A DNA stretch of 64,000 nucleotides, taken from Fidelibacterota bacterium (GTDB lineage Bacteria > Fidelibacterota > Marinisomatia > Marinisomatales > Marinisomataceae). Position 1 is the first letter of the stretch. Each line of letters opens with the position of its first letter. The stretch covers positions 512,001-576,000 of the forward strand of contig OZ243041.1 in NCBI GenBank assembly GCA_965212055.1, given 5' to 3'. Position numbers and translations under genes: made by a program. This document shows, piece by piece, positions 31,789 to 42,286 of the stretch. A model generated the notes under the pieces. It was not told the origin of the DNA and did no database searches. It saw only the letters and a program-made list of their open reading frames with translations.

Positions 31789-32544
31789 TTAATCCATTGT
31801 TGTACTTAATTCTGGTCTAAATCTCCAGGTTTCACTCCAAATCCAACTCCATCCACCTCTGACTTTGGAATCTAGATCTGAATCTTCATCATACATTTTT
31901 TGAAGTGTTTCTCCAAATTCTGCTTGATGTGGACCTAACATCTCAGACATAGTCATGTGAGGTGTTGAATATGAATACACTGAAACATTTCCTCCTAATG
32001 TCTTTGTCATTGCTACCCAAGGTCTTTTGCTATCACTTTGTTTTGCAATTTCATTGAATTTTGAAAACACATATTCTGTATTCGCAGTTCCTCCTTGTTG
32101 AACTCCATAGTAGTATACTGTAATAAAATTTGGAGGTCCTTGATTGTTAACATTAGCACCGTCCACAGTAGGCATGTTTCTACTTAAGTCTGGACGAATT
32201 GTCCAAAATTCCATACCTCCAATTTGCTCAATCATACTATCATTCCATTTATCATATGGAACTGGATCGTGATTAGACATAGCATCATATACACTATCTA
32301 CCATATCTAACGGGGTTGGCCACTGAGCAGCTGCAACTCTTACATACTTTCCAGCATTAGGTCCATTCACAATTGAAAATGTATTTACGGCTCCCAAACC
32401 TGTATGAGCTTTATTATGGTGGATCATTCCTTTTTCAAAATCAGCTACTCTTACACCTTCTTCAACACCTAAGACGCTCTGCATGTGATATGCCTGTCCA
32501 AATGCTAAAGTAGAAAAAATAACTGCTATTAATAGTTTCTTCAT
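31789..32544 (-). CDS. Secreted hypothetical protein with two similar halves
   Basis: Signal peptide; halves end in EFWTIRPDLS and ETWRFRPELS; GAGG RBS. Confidence 0.75.
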   Translation of the reverse strand: MKKLLIAVIFSTLAFGQAYHMQSVLGVEEGVRVADFEKGMIHHNKAHTGLGAVNTFSIVNGPNAGKYVRVAAAQWPTPLDMVDSVYDAMSNHDPVPYDKWNDSMIEQIGGMEFWTIRPDLSRNMPTVDGANVNNQGPPNFITVYYYGVQQGGTANTEYVFSKFNEIAKQSDSKRPWVAMTKTLGGNVSVYSYSTPHMTMSEMLGPHQAEFGETLQKMYDEDSDLDSKVRGGWSWIWSETWRFRPELSTTMD

Positions 32545-32613
32545 GATTTCCTCACTTTATTGTTAACATTAATATCTTAATAAATATTTGCCTGAATCAA
32601 AATAATAACAATA

Positions 32614-33528
32614 TTAAAGATTAAAAATATTCCCTCTCTCCACTATATTAAACCCATTATAAATTATTTTTTTGTATTCATTTGAATTTTTGTTTAAAGC
32701 AGGATTTGTATGGTTAAGATGAATAAAATGTATAGAATTTCTATATATTGAATCTTCAAAAATTTCCATTGTTTCAATGATAAATGGATGCGGGATTTTT
32801 GACATATCTCTACCTGGTAATTCATTAATATCATAAAAAGTACCATCAAGCAAACTATAATCATTGTCTTCTACTAATTCTTTAATATTTGATTCCCATT
32901 TATCCCATTTATCAATATCAGGAATGAAAATTAAAGATTTATTAGGGCCTTGTACTTTATATCCTACTGTTTCTGAGTACTCATCGCGGTGCGGTACTAA
33001 AAATGGAACAATAGATAATCGTTCATTTAATTGCACTACCCCATTATCGTTAATCTCTTGAATTGATATATTGCCTAGATTAACTAATTGATTCCAAGGA
33101 CCATTTGTTTCTAAAAATTGCTTCATTCTTGGCATTGCATACACAGGAACCTCTTTTGCCCCCATTACTTCTCTTCCAAGATGTATAAGTCCTGTGTAAT
33201 GACCAATATGAGCATGGGTTAAAAAAACACCACTCAATTGATTGTCAATGGCTGTTAGTTGTAGTGCAAAATCAGGGGTTGCATCAATTATCCATGACTC
33301 TTCTGTAACTGGATCAACAATAGCAATACTTGATACTCTTGCATGTTGGGTAGGATCATCCCATTTCTCCTCACAACATTCCTTTATGCAACCAGCATGA
33401 GGAGCACCACCATCTTGAGCAATTCCTAGAACAATAACATAAGGATTGGTAGAACTTTTATTTATATTTGCGGCAAAAAATATTGAGAATATTACTAGGA
33501 AAAGTACTATACGGTCAAAATTTTTCAA
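32614..33528 (-). CDS. MBL-fold hydrolase, PqqB-like
   Basis: LGIAQDGGAPHAGC, FLTHAHIGHYTG, VPHRDE, IPDIDKW, LDGTF, IPHP, HLNHTNP. Confidence 0.85.
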   Translation of the reverse strand: MKNFDRIVLFLVIFSIFFAANINKSSTNPYVIVLGIAQDGGAPHAGCIKECCEEKWDDPTQHARVSSIAIVDPVTEESWIIDATPDFALQLTAIDNQLSGVFLTHAHIGHYTGLIHLGREVMGAKEVPVYAMPRMKQFLETNGPWNQLVNLGNISIQEINDNGVVQLNERLSIVPFLVPHRDEYSETVGYKVQGPNKSLIFIPDIDKWDKWESNIKELVEDNDYSLLDGTFYDINELPGRDMSKIPHPFIIETMEIFEDSIYRNSIHFIHLNHTNPALNKNSNEYKKIIYNGFNIVERGNIFNL

Positions 33529-33546
33529 GGCGGATTGTCTTAACCG

Positions 33547-35406
33547 CTATACACCGACAGGTCGCTTGTCAATATACATTTCATCGATTTCAGCTTGGTG
33601 TTTTTCAGTAACAACTTTACGTTTAATAGATAGCTTAGGAGTTAATTCTCCAGCTTCAACTGTCCATTCTTCAGGAATTAATGTAATTTTTCGAATTGAT
33701 TCATAACGAGAAAACTTGCTCATAGCTTCTTCAACAATGTCATTATACATATCATAAGTTTTTTGATCTGCACAAAGACTTTCATAATCCATTGATTCCA
33801 TGCCATTTTTTTCTGCCCATGCAATCAAATTCTCTCTACTTGGAACAACCAAAGCAGAAATAAAGTTTCGATCATCACCAATTGCTAAGCATTGTTCAAT
33901 ATACTTATTTGAAGTCAAGGTCACTTCCATTGGTTGTGGTGCAACATTTTTACCACCGGATGTCACTATTAAACTCTTTTTTCTATCTGTAATCTTTAAT
34001 AATCCATCTTCATCAAACATTCCAATGTCACCGGAATGGAACCATCCATCTTTCATAACTTCAGCAGTAGCTTCAGGTTCTTTATAATATCCCTTCATTA
34101 CATTGTGTCCACGACATAAGATTTCTCCATCTTCTGCAATCTTAACTTCCACGCCTGGAATTGGCTTTCCAACGGTACCATATTTAAAGAATTCAGGATG
34201 TCCTACGGTCATCACAGGACTTGTTTCTGTTAGTCCATATCCTTCTACGATTGAAATCCCAATACCACAAAAGAATGATCCAACTTCTGGAGATAGTGCT
34301 GATCCACCGGAAGATGCAGCTGCAACTCTACCGCCTAAAATTGCTCTAAACTTACTTAAAACTAATTTGTCTGCTAAATTCCACTGCAACCCAAGTAGGA
34401 ATGGTAATTTTTCATCCCTTTGAAAGTATGGTGCCGCTTTTAATCCAACATTAATAGCCCAATTAGCAAGCACTTTCTTTATTCCAGTAGCTTCATCAAC
34501 ACCTTCCATAATTTTTGCATGAATCTTTTCAAAAATTCTTGGAACAGCAGTCAAAAATGTTGGCCTAACTTCCTGAATATTAGGAACAACAAAGCTCATA
34601 TCTGGTAAATTTTCTGCATAATAAATTTGCATCCCTGCATTAAAACAACCGTAATGTCCTCCCACTCTTTCAAAGCTATGTGCAACTGGCAGGAAGGATA
34701 AAAATGCTTTTTCTTCCATACCGTATTTGTCTTGAATAAGATCAATTAATTCTCCAATAGATAACAAATTTCTACAAACATTATCATGAGTTAACATTAC
34801 TCCTTTTGGAAGACCAGTTGTTCCACTTGTATATATTAAAGTTAACAAATCATCAGGTTGAACAGTTTCAGCTATTGCTTTAATATCATGAGTAGTATTA
34901 TTTAAAGATACTATTTTTGAAAAATGAGTAGCATGTTCACCAGAATAGCTTTCATCCATAATAATAATTTTATTTAAATGACACTCATCATCGCTTAATA
35001 GTGGTAAAATTTTATCTAACTGTTCTTTGTCTTTAACAATAGCAATTTTACTCTCAGAATGTTTTACAACATATTGTGATTGTTCAGCAATAAGAGTTGG
35101 ATAAACTGGAACAGAAACAGCACGAATGTGTGCGATAGCAAAGTCAGAAGTACACCACTCAGGAGAATTTGTTCCAACAATTGCTACTTTATCATGTTCA
35201 TTAATTCCAAGATTCTTTAAACCGTTTGCAAAACCTTCTACGCGTGCTTGCAATTCGTTAAATGTTTGCCCTTTCCATTGACCATCTTTTTTAACAAAAT
35301 ATGTTTCAATATCTTGGTTTTCGGAAACAACGCGTTGAAACATTTGAGGAATAGTGGCAAAAGTAGCTTCTACCCCTTTGTAACCTGGATGTGGATTCTT
35401 GCTCAT
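33547..35406 (-). CDS. Long-chain fatty acid--CoA ligase
   Basis: YTSGTTGLPKG, EGYGLTE, GWFHSGDIG, ITDRKK, ELTP. Confidence 0.93.
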   Translation of the reverse strand: MSKNPHPGYKGVEATFATIPQMFQRVVSENQDIETYFVKKDGQWKGQTFNELQARVEGFANGLKNLGINEHDKVAIVGTNSPEWCTSDFAIAHIRAVSVPVYPTLIAEQSQYVVKHSESKIAIVKDKEQLDKILPLLSDDECHLNKIIIMDESYSGEHATHFSKIVSLNNTTHDIKAIAETVQPDDLLTLIYTSGTTGLPKGVMLTHDNVCRNLLSIGELIDLIQDKYGMEEKAFLSFLPVAHSFERVGGHYGCFNAGMQIYYAENLPDMSFVVPNIQEVRPTFLTAVPRIFEKIHAKIMEGVDEATGIKKVLANWAINVGLKAAPYFQRDEKLPFLLGLQWNLADKLVLSKFRAILGGRVAAASSGGSALSPEVGSFFCGIGISIVEGYGLTETSPVMTVGHPEFFKYGTVGKPIPGVEVKIAEDGEILCRGHNVMKGYYKEPEATAEVMKDGWFHSGDIGMFDEDGLLKITDRKKSLIVTSGGKNVAPQPMEVTLTSNKYIEQCLAIGDDRNFISALVVPSRENLIAWAEKNGMESMDYESLCADQKTYDMYNDIVEEAMSKFSRYESIRKITLIPEEWTVEAGELTPKLSIKRKVVTEKHQAEIDEMYIDKRPVGV

Positions 35407-35416
35407 GATTATATCA

Positions 35417-35445
35417 TTGACAAAATAACTACTTTAAGCCAAATT
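35417..35445 (+). promoter_or_regulatory. Sigma70-type promoter for tRNA-Leu
   Basis: TTGACA (35417-22), 17 nt, CAAATT (35440-45), 14 nt before the tRNA. Confidence 0.55.
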
Positions 35446-35459
35446 AGTCAATTGTTTTT

Positions 35460-35543
35460 GCCGGGGTGGCGGAATTGGTAGACGCGCTGGTCTCAAACAC
35501 CAGTGAGGATTTCCTCATGTCGGTTCGAGCCCGACCCTCGGTA
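35460..35543 (+). tRNA. tRNA-Leu (CAA), CCA not encoded
   Basis: GCCGGGG/CCTCGGT acceptor stem; GGCGGAATTGGTAGACGC D arm; CTGGT-CTCAAAC-ACCAG anticodon arm; long variable arm; GGTTCGAG. Confidence 0.95.
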
Positions 35544-35544
35544 C

Positions 35545-35577
35545 AAAAAAAAAGGGCTTTATTTGAAGCCCTTTTTC
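35545..35577. terminator. Bidirectional intrinsic terminator
   Basis: A-run-GGGCTT-TATTTG-AAGCCC-T-run. Confidence 0.85.
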
Positions 35578-35605
35578 TTAATTATGTTAACTTATTAAAA
35601 CGTTA

Positions 35606-36099
35606 TTACTTTTTCTCCGCTTCTTCTTCTGGAGGAAATACTTCATCACTTAGTGTCTTAATTTCTTTCTTCAACTTAGTAATATCTCTTCAACTTGATT
35701 ATTACGTATCTTTCTATTCAGATTGTCTTCTACTCCCTCAAGATCACGTTCGACATTTTTTATCTTCTTTGATAAATCACGATCAACGCGTTTAATTTCA
35801 TATGCTAAATCATCTATTAAATCTCCAAGTGAATCAGCTTTCGCATAAATTAATTTTGTGTTCGCAAGAATCATTTGTCTTCCTTCTTGGATTTTCTTTC
35901 CTTGACCAATATTATCAAGCTCAACATTCTTAACTCTTTCTCTAAATTCTGTATTAACATCGTCTACATGTTCTTTATGATCAGCTTCTAGTCTTACCAT
36001 TTCTTCCATTGCAGATTTTGTTTGAAAAAATGAACCAGCAACTGATACAACAAGAAATAACATGAGGACACTTAAGACTTTTTCTGTGTTAGTTAACAT
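35606..36099 (-). CDS. Membrane-anchored coiled-coil hypothetical protein (frameshift near 35690)
   Basis: N-terminal TM, heptad-rich body; alternative frame continues RDITKLKKEIKTLSDEVFPPEEEAEKK* to 35606. Confidence 0.65.
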
Positions 36100-36174
36100 A
36101 TTGTATTATCCCTTTCTTTGTTTTGAGATGATTGAAACTAATAAATGAAACTTCAATATGAAAACTTTTTTTTA

Positions 36175-37152
36175 TTAATTCGGGATTTTTCCGATTCGGT
36201 TTAATCTTGGAATATAATTATTCAAATTAATCGAAAACCATGTGATAAGTGGTTGTCCAAGAATATGGCTTTTTGGAACAAATCCCCAGAACCTTGAATC
36301 TTCACTATTGTCTCGATTGTCTCCCATCATCCAAAAATAATCTTGTGATAACGTGTAAGTCTTAACTTCACTAATTGGTTTTCCATTAATATATAAATCT
36401 TGTATATGTTCTTTTTTAAATCTATCAGACCAAGGTGTAATTAATGTAGCATTGGTACTTGGGTGATATTCCTTATGGATACTTTTATCGCCAGTTCTTC
36501 TTTCAACATCTCTTGGACTAGTATTGGTAAATATTAAAGAATTGTCACCAAGAATATATTCGACTTGATTGCCTTCATATAGCAATAGTGGAAGTATTAA
36601 TTTCCAATCCATATTCTCATCCAAGGTAAATGAATCTCCTTTTTTCGGAATGGTAATTTGAGGATATTGATCTTTATTCCCTTGTTTGCCAAGAAAAATA
36701 TCAGGATCAATAACTTCTCTTGATAAATAATTATTCATAATGAATTTACCGCCTTCTGGCAATGGAAAAAGCTCTCCATTTACATATACATTCTGATCTT
36801 CAATTTTTATAGTATCTCCTGCAATTCCAATACAACGTTTTACAAACTTGTACACGGGATCTCTAGGATATTCAAATACGACTACATCCCCTCTTTCCAC
36901 CTCTTTAAATGCAGGGAAACGATATTCAGGAAGGAATGTTGGAATGCTAATCGCGCTAAAAGGAATCCATATTTTTTCTGGCACTTTCATTCCATAGATA
37001 TAACGACTTCCAATAAGGAAATCTCCTTGTAAAATATTCTCTTCCATGCTACTTGTTGGAACAATATAGGCTTCTACCACTGTTTCTTTTAAAAACAGAA
37101 TAATAAGGATAAGTATCAATATTGACTTTGCTTCAGCAATAAATTTATTCAT
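36175..37152 (-). CDS. lepB: Signal peptidase I
   Basis: VPTSSME, RGDVVVF, FVKRCIG, MMGDNRDNSEDSRFWGFVP. Confidence 0.95.
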   Translation of the reverse strand: MNKFIAEAKSILILILIILFLKETVVEAYIVPTSSMEENILQGDFLIGSRYIYGMKVPEKIWIPFSAISIPTFLPEYRFPAFKEVERGDVVVFEYPRDPVYKFVKRCIGIAGDTIKIEDQNVYVNGELFPLPEGGKFIMNNYLSREVIDPDIFLGKQGNKDQYPQITIPKKGDSFTLDENMDWKLILPLLLYEGNQVEYILGDNSLIFTNTSPRDVERRTGDKSIHKEYHPSTNATLITPWSDRFKKEHIQDLYINGKPISEVKTYTLSQDYFWMMGDNRDNSEDSRFWGFVPKSHILGQPLITWFSINLNNYIPRLNRIGKIPN

Positions 37153-37703
37153 TTGTTTACCATCCTGGATATAGGCTTAAAGGTTTGGCGATGTATTTTT
37201 GTAAAAGAAAATTTTTTCAATGCTTTACGATGATTTGGGGTACCATATCCTTTATTGTTCAGAAAATCATACATCGGGTAAATATAGTGAAACGAACGCA
37301 TAATTTCATCCCTCGTAACTTTTGCAATAATTGATGCTGCCATAATAGCAGTTATCTTTTGATCTCCTTTCACAATTCCTTGATTGGTAATCGGAATATC
37401 TAATCCAAATCCATCTACCAATACTTTGTCTGGTTGTTTGGGTAAATCATTGATAGCATCAATCATTGCATGTTCAGATGCAACCTTGATATTATGTTTA
37501 TCAATATAACTATTCCACTTAATTCCAACCGCAATAGATGACGCATGTTTCATTATCTCTTTATACAACATTTGTCGTTTTGGTTCCGATATTTTCTTAG
37601 AATCATTTAATCCCTTGATATCTTTTTTTAAGATGACTGCTGCTGCCACTACAGGCCCAGCCAATGCCCCTCTTCCTACTTCATCTACCCCAGCAATTAA
37701 CAT
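37149..37703 (-). CDS. rnhB: Ribonuclease HII
   Basis: GVDEVGRGALAGPV, DSKK, KGD, AASIIAKVTRD, KGYGT. Confidence 0.96.
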   Translation of the reverse strand: MLIAGVDEVGRGALAGPVVAAAVILKKDIKGLNDSKKISEPKRQMLYKEIMKHASSIAVGIKWNSYIDKHNIKVASEHAMIDAINDLPKQPDKVLVDGFGLDIPITNQGIVKGDQKITAIMAASIIAKVTRDEIMRSFHYIYPMYDFLNNKGYGTPNHRKALKKFSFTKIHRQTFKPISRMVNK

Positions 37704-37764
37704 AGAAATAAAATTAATAATAAAATTGATGTTTACTTTTAAAAATATTTTTTAAAATGTCTTC

Positions 37765-39675
37765 ATGTCAAAACGAAGATATGGTTTAATAGTTTTTGGA
37801 ATAATTGGAATACTACTTCTTACTGTTGGACACGAATTCTTCGAAAAGATTTGGAAATTTCCAAAAAATTTATTCTCAGAAAATTTATTAGATTCATTTC
37901 CTTTAACTCAAATTCCATTAATGGTAGTTGCTCTCCTTGGAACTGGAATTTATATGACATTCAAATTAGGATTCCCTCAATTAAAACGGGTTCTACATGG
38001 AATTAGAGTAACAAGGGGAGATTATGACGATGTAGAAGACGAAGGAGATTTAAGTCATTTCAAAGCTCTATCTACTGCATTAGCAGCAACCGTTGGTATT
38101 GGGAATATTGCTGGAGTTGCTACCGCAATTTTTATAGGTGGTCCTGGCGCATTATTTTGGATGTGGATTACAGCATTTTTTGGAACATCATTGAAATATG
38201 CAGAATGTACTCTAGCGCTTAAATATCGAGAAACTGATTCACTCGGAAATACTGCTGGTGGACCGATGTATACCATTGAAAATGGGTTAGGTCCAAAATG
38301 GAGATGGTTAGCAGTAGGGTTTGCTTGTTTTGCCATTATATGTTCTTTCTTTACTGGAAATGCTATTCAATCAAATACATTAACACAGCAAGTATATAGC
38401 CAATTTTCAAATTTATTTGGAAACGATGGCTTTATTATGGCTACAAAAACATTTACAGTTTTAGGAGCTGATTCCCACATATCTATCATGCATGGAATTA
38501 TCGGACTAATCACTGCAAGTTTAGTTGCAATGGTTATTCTAGGAGGAATTAAACGCATCGGAAATGTAACCAGTTATTTAGTTCCTGTAATGGCAGTCAT
38601 ATATGTATTTTGTGCACTATTTATTATAATAGATAATTATGATAAAATAGGAGAAGCATTTAATCTTGTTTTTACCATGGCTTTTAATCCCCCATCAATT
38701 AAAGAACCTGCTGTTGGGGTAGCTAGTGGTATATTTGTAACCTTCCTTAATACAATGTTGATAGGGGTTCAAAGAGGTTTATTCTCAAGCGAATCAGGAC
38801 AGGGATCAGCAGCAATCGCTCACTCTACAGCAAAAACAAAATATCCAGTAAGGGAAGGTGTTGTTGCATTATTAGAACCTTATATTGATACAATAATAAT
38901 CTGTACATTAACTGGGTTGGTTATTATGGTAACAAGTTCTTGGGAAGCTACAAGATTCCATTCTTACAACGTAGATCAGAGAATCTCAGAACAATCGTTT
39001 TTTCAAAATGAAAAATCAAATCTAGACAATATATCTGATAAGATTTTTGAAGAGTTCAATAATAGCAATATTATGATATTTGCTCATTCCAAGATTTCAT
39101 TAGAACAATTAACTCAAGTTTTAAATAAAAACAATAATAACCAAACCTTAAACATTGTTGGAGGCAAAGTCTCTGATCAAGATATCAACAGAAATGGTTG
39201 GAAAGATTTAACTATATCTGATGCATTATATGCAGATTCTTTAGAAGCGAATATTGTAGTATTTGGACTTGAAATAGATGACAAGACTCGTAAAAAAGCT
39301 GAAGAAAAAAGTGTTCGAATAAAAGATTACACTGATGATGATTTAAAAAGAGGGGTTCTTTTAACAAGCGAAGCTTTTAGAAGAGGAATTCCTGGTGGAG
39401 ACAAGATTGTAACATTAGCTGTCATCTTATTCGCTTTATCAACTGCAATAAGTTGGTCGTTTTATGGTGATAGAGCAACGGAATATTTATTTGGAACAAG
39501 AGCAATCCCGTACTATAGATATTTCTATGTATTTATGGTATTTGTTGGATCTATGCTATCAGTTGAAGCAGTATGGAATTTTGGAGATGCTGCGTTAGCT
39601 TTTATGACTTTTCCTAATTTAATCGCAATTATTCTGCTTAGCACAAAGCTAAAATCATTATCTATTATTCAATAA
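37765..39675 (+). CDS. Na+/alanine-glycine symporter (AgcS/AlsT family) with ~130-aa inserted soluble segment
   Basis: TVGIGNIAGV, GGPGALFWMW, GGPMY, GGIKRIG, RGLFSSESGQGS, DTIIICTLT, MTFPNLI; the last few codons may be miscalled. Confidence 0.93.
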   Translation: MSKRRYGLIVFGIIGILLLTVGHEFFEKIWKFPKNLFSENLLDSFPLTQIPLMVVALLGTGIYMTFKLGFPQLKRVLHGIRVTRGDYDDVEDEGDLSHFKALSTALAATVGIGNIAGVATAIFIGGPGALFWMWITAFFGTSLKYAECTLALKYRETDSLGNTAGGPMYTIENGLGPKWRWLAVGFACFAIICSFFTGNAIQSNTLTQQVYSQFSNLFGNDGFIMATKTFTVLGADSHISIMHGIIGLITASLVAMVILGGIKRIGNVTSYLVPVMAVIYVFCALFIIIDNYDKIGEAFNLVFTMAFNPPSIKEPAVGVASGIFVTFLNTMLIGVQRGLFSSESGQGSAAIAHSTAKTKYPVREGVVALLEPYIDTIIICTLTGLVIMVTSSWEATRFHSYNVDQRISEQSFFQNEKSNLDNISDKIFEEFNNSNIMIFAHSKISLEQLTQVLNKNNNNQTLNIVGGKVSDQDINRNGWKDLTISDALYADSLEANIVVFGLEIDDKTRKKAEEKSVRIKDYTDDDLKRGVLLTSEAFRRGIPGGDKIVTLAVILFALSTAISWSFYGDRATEYLFGTRAIPYYRYFYVFMVFVGSMLSVEAVWNFGDAALAFMTFPNLIAIILLSTKLKSLSIIQ

Positions 39676-39889
39676 ATATTTCGAAGAAAATTAATTTATT
39701 TAAGATCGCCATATAACTCATCAAAATTATCGGAACCATATAAAATATCAGTCATCCCCACCATATATTTTATCTCCTCCTCCACCTCCATCAATAATTA
39801 AGCTTCTCCATATATCAAGACCATATAAAACATCATTTGATCCAGCATATAATGTATCTGGATTTGACATCAGAAACAACACTCTTCAT

Positions 39890-41045
39890 AAGCTTATAAG
39901 TAAAGGTTTGCATCATTTTCTAATAATAATCTGACTTTTTCTCTTCCTTGGGCCATTTTTTCTTCTTTGTAAGAAAACCATGAACCCATCTTATTGATAA
40001 TACCTGCTTCTAAAGTCTATTCTATATTTTTGTAAGGTAATATCAACATATCATTGGTGGTAAATAGGTCATTTAAAGTGGGTGGTGGTCTCTTTTGGTT
40101 GGTGAACTACTATAAGAATAATACCTAATAATAATATATTCTTCTTTTCCATTCTACATAATTTTTTGACATCAAATTCATAAGTTTTGTCATTTTTAAT
40201 AATAAACTTTTTCTCTTCCTTGGCCATTTTTTCTTCTTTGTAAGAGCTTATTGATAATACCTGCTTTGATTTAATTTCCACTATAAGATACATTTATCAA
40301 ATTCTCGCTACCTTGTTTTTTACTATTCTCCGATCATATCGGTTCCAGCTTTAATTGCAGCGATTCTGCGAATATCTAATCGAACAGATGCATAAAATTT
40401 TAAAGCTCTGCCACCAGGAGTTGTTTCAGGGCTTCCAAACATTACTCCAATCTTTTCTCTTATTTGATTAATAAAGATAACACAAGTATTTGATTTGGCA
40501 ATTGGCCCAGATAATTTTCGCAATGCCTGAGACATCAATCGTGCCTGTAATCCCACGGTGACATCCCCAATTTGACCTTCTAGCTCTTTCCTTGGAACCA
40601 ATGCAGCAACAGAATCTATTACCACAACATCTAAAGCTGCGGTTTGTACTAATTTCTCTAAAATATCTAGTGCTTGTTCCCCTGAATCTGGTTGAGAAAC
40701 AAGTAAGTCATCCGTATTACATCCTAAATTCTTTGCATAGATAGGGTCTAATGCATTTTCAGCATCAATAAATGCAGCATGTCCTCCACTTTTGTGGCAT
40801 TCTGCTATCACATGTAGCGCTAAGGTTGTTTTGCCAGATGATTCAGGTCCAAAAACTTCAATCACCTTTCCTTTTGGAAGTCCACCTATACCTAATGCCA
40901 TATCTAATGAAAGAGATCCAGTTGAAATTGTATCAACTTTTAATTTAGTATCTCCACCCAATCGCATAATAGAACCTGCGCCATACTCTTTAATGATTTG
41001 TTGTTCTACTGTTTCAATTGCTTTATTTTTCTTCTTATCTGACAT
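39890..41045 (-). CDS. recA: Recombinase A; 3' third scrambled and duplicated as assembled
   Basis: [47 protein letters not shown] stops at 40323, but VKNKVA, EFD and [26 protein letters not shown] fragments follow. Confidence 0.93.
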
Positions 41046-41065
41046 CTGAATTCATTCCTTATATT

Positions 41066-42286
41066 TCAATTCTTTTCCAAAAATTTCCTTAGTTCATTTA
41101 AACATAACACCACAGTAAGTTGTCGATTAATTTTACGATTTGGTGTCAAATTGTACTGTTTAATATAGACATTATTTTTATAAAATATTCCAACAAATGT
41201 TAAGCCAACTGGTTTTTTTTCAGTTCCTCCTTTTGGTCCCGCTATTCCGGTAATTCCGATACCAATATCGCTCTTTAATTTCTTTGCAATCTTAGATGCA
41301 AGTTCTGATGCTACTTCTTCACTCACTGCACCATATTTGTCCAATAAATCACTATCTACCCCCACAATATCTCTTTTTAGAGCGTTACTATAACACACTA
41401 CCCCTCCGTTAAAATATTGAGAACTCCCTGATAAATTTGTTAGTTTTGCACTCAACATTCCAGCAGTACATGATTCTGCAGTTGCAACCGTTAAATTCTG
41501 TTCCTTTAACTTATCTGCAACTACTTTTTCAATTGTATCATTATTAAATCCATAGACATATTTACTAATTCGATTTACGATTTGATCTTTTAAGTCTAGA
41601 AGCGATTGATGATCACTTGTTGTTAACCTAATATCAACTCCCAACATACGATGTGGTAAGAAAGCAACATCACAATTTTTGTTTGATTCAATTAAATCAA
41701 CAATCTTTTCCTGTAAAATTGATTCAGGAAGTCCTGTAGTACGGATAGTCTCACAATGTACTTTTGATGTTAATTTTTTTTCTAAGTGAGGCAAAATATA
41801 ACTTAATATCATTCCTTCCATTTCTTTTGGTACGCCAGGCAAGGCAAAATAATTGGATCCATCTTTTTCAAAATGCATTCCCCTTGCGGTACCAAAAGAA
41901 TTATCAATCATTTTGACCTTATCCCCTTTATGTGCTTGGTTACGATTCAAGGTTGGAACCTTCATATTAATTGCTTTAAAACGTTTTTCTAATTCTTTCC
42001 AATATTCTTCATCAAAAACAGGACTATCGCCAAAATATTCATACAATGTTTTTACAGTAATATCATCAAGGGTTGGACCTAATCCCCCTGTTATAATGAT
42101 ATGATTACAATCCTGTGATAATTCATCAAGAGATTTAGTAATCATATCAGCATCATCTGCAATGGTCTTTTTAACATGAACTTTGAGTCCAATTTCTAAT
42201 AATCGTTGACCAATCCAGGCAGAATTACGATCAATCGTAAATCCGCTTAACAATTCATTTCCAATGGTTATAATTCCAATTTTCAC
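41066..42286 (-). CDS. cinA: Competence/damage-inducible protein CinA (MoCF domain + NMN deamidase)
   Basis: IGNELLSG, TGGLGPT.DD, LPGVP, AESCTAG, GAVS, GITGIAGP; GTG start at 42286. Confidence 0.93.
   Translation of the reverse strand: MKIGIITIGNELLSGFTIDRNSAWIGQRLLEIGLKVHVKKTIADDADMITKSLDELSQDCNHIIITGGLGPTLDDITVKTLYEYFGDSPVFDEEYWKELEKRFKAINMKVPTLNRNQAHKGDKVKMIDNSFGTARGMHFEKDGSNYFALPGVPKEMEGMILSYILPHLEKKLTSKVHCETIRTTGLPESILQEKIVDLIESNKNCDVAFLPHRMLGVDIRLTTSDHQSLLDLKDQIVNRISKYVYGFNNDTIEKVVADKLKEQNLTVATAESCTAGMLSAKLTNLSGSSQYFNGGVVCYSNALKRDIVGVDSDLLDKYGAVSEEVASELASKIAKKLKSDIGIGITGIAGPKGGTEKKPVGLTFVGIFYKNNVYIKQYNLTPNRKINRQLTVVLCLNELRKFLEKN

Noticed and set aside
35466..35795. 109-aa ORF starting MAELVDALVS
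   Set aside because: It is a translation of tRNA-Leu and its terminator.
40069..40293. 74-aa ORF downstream of recA
   Set aside because: Chance frame through scrambled recA C-terminal sequence.
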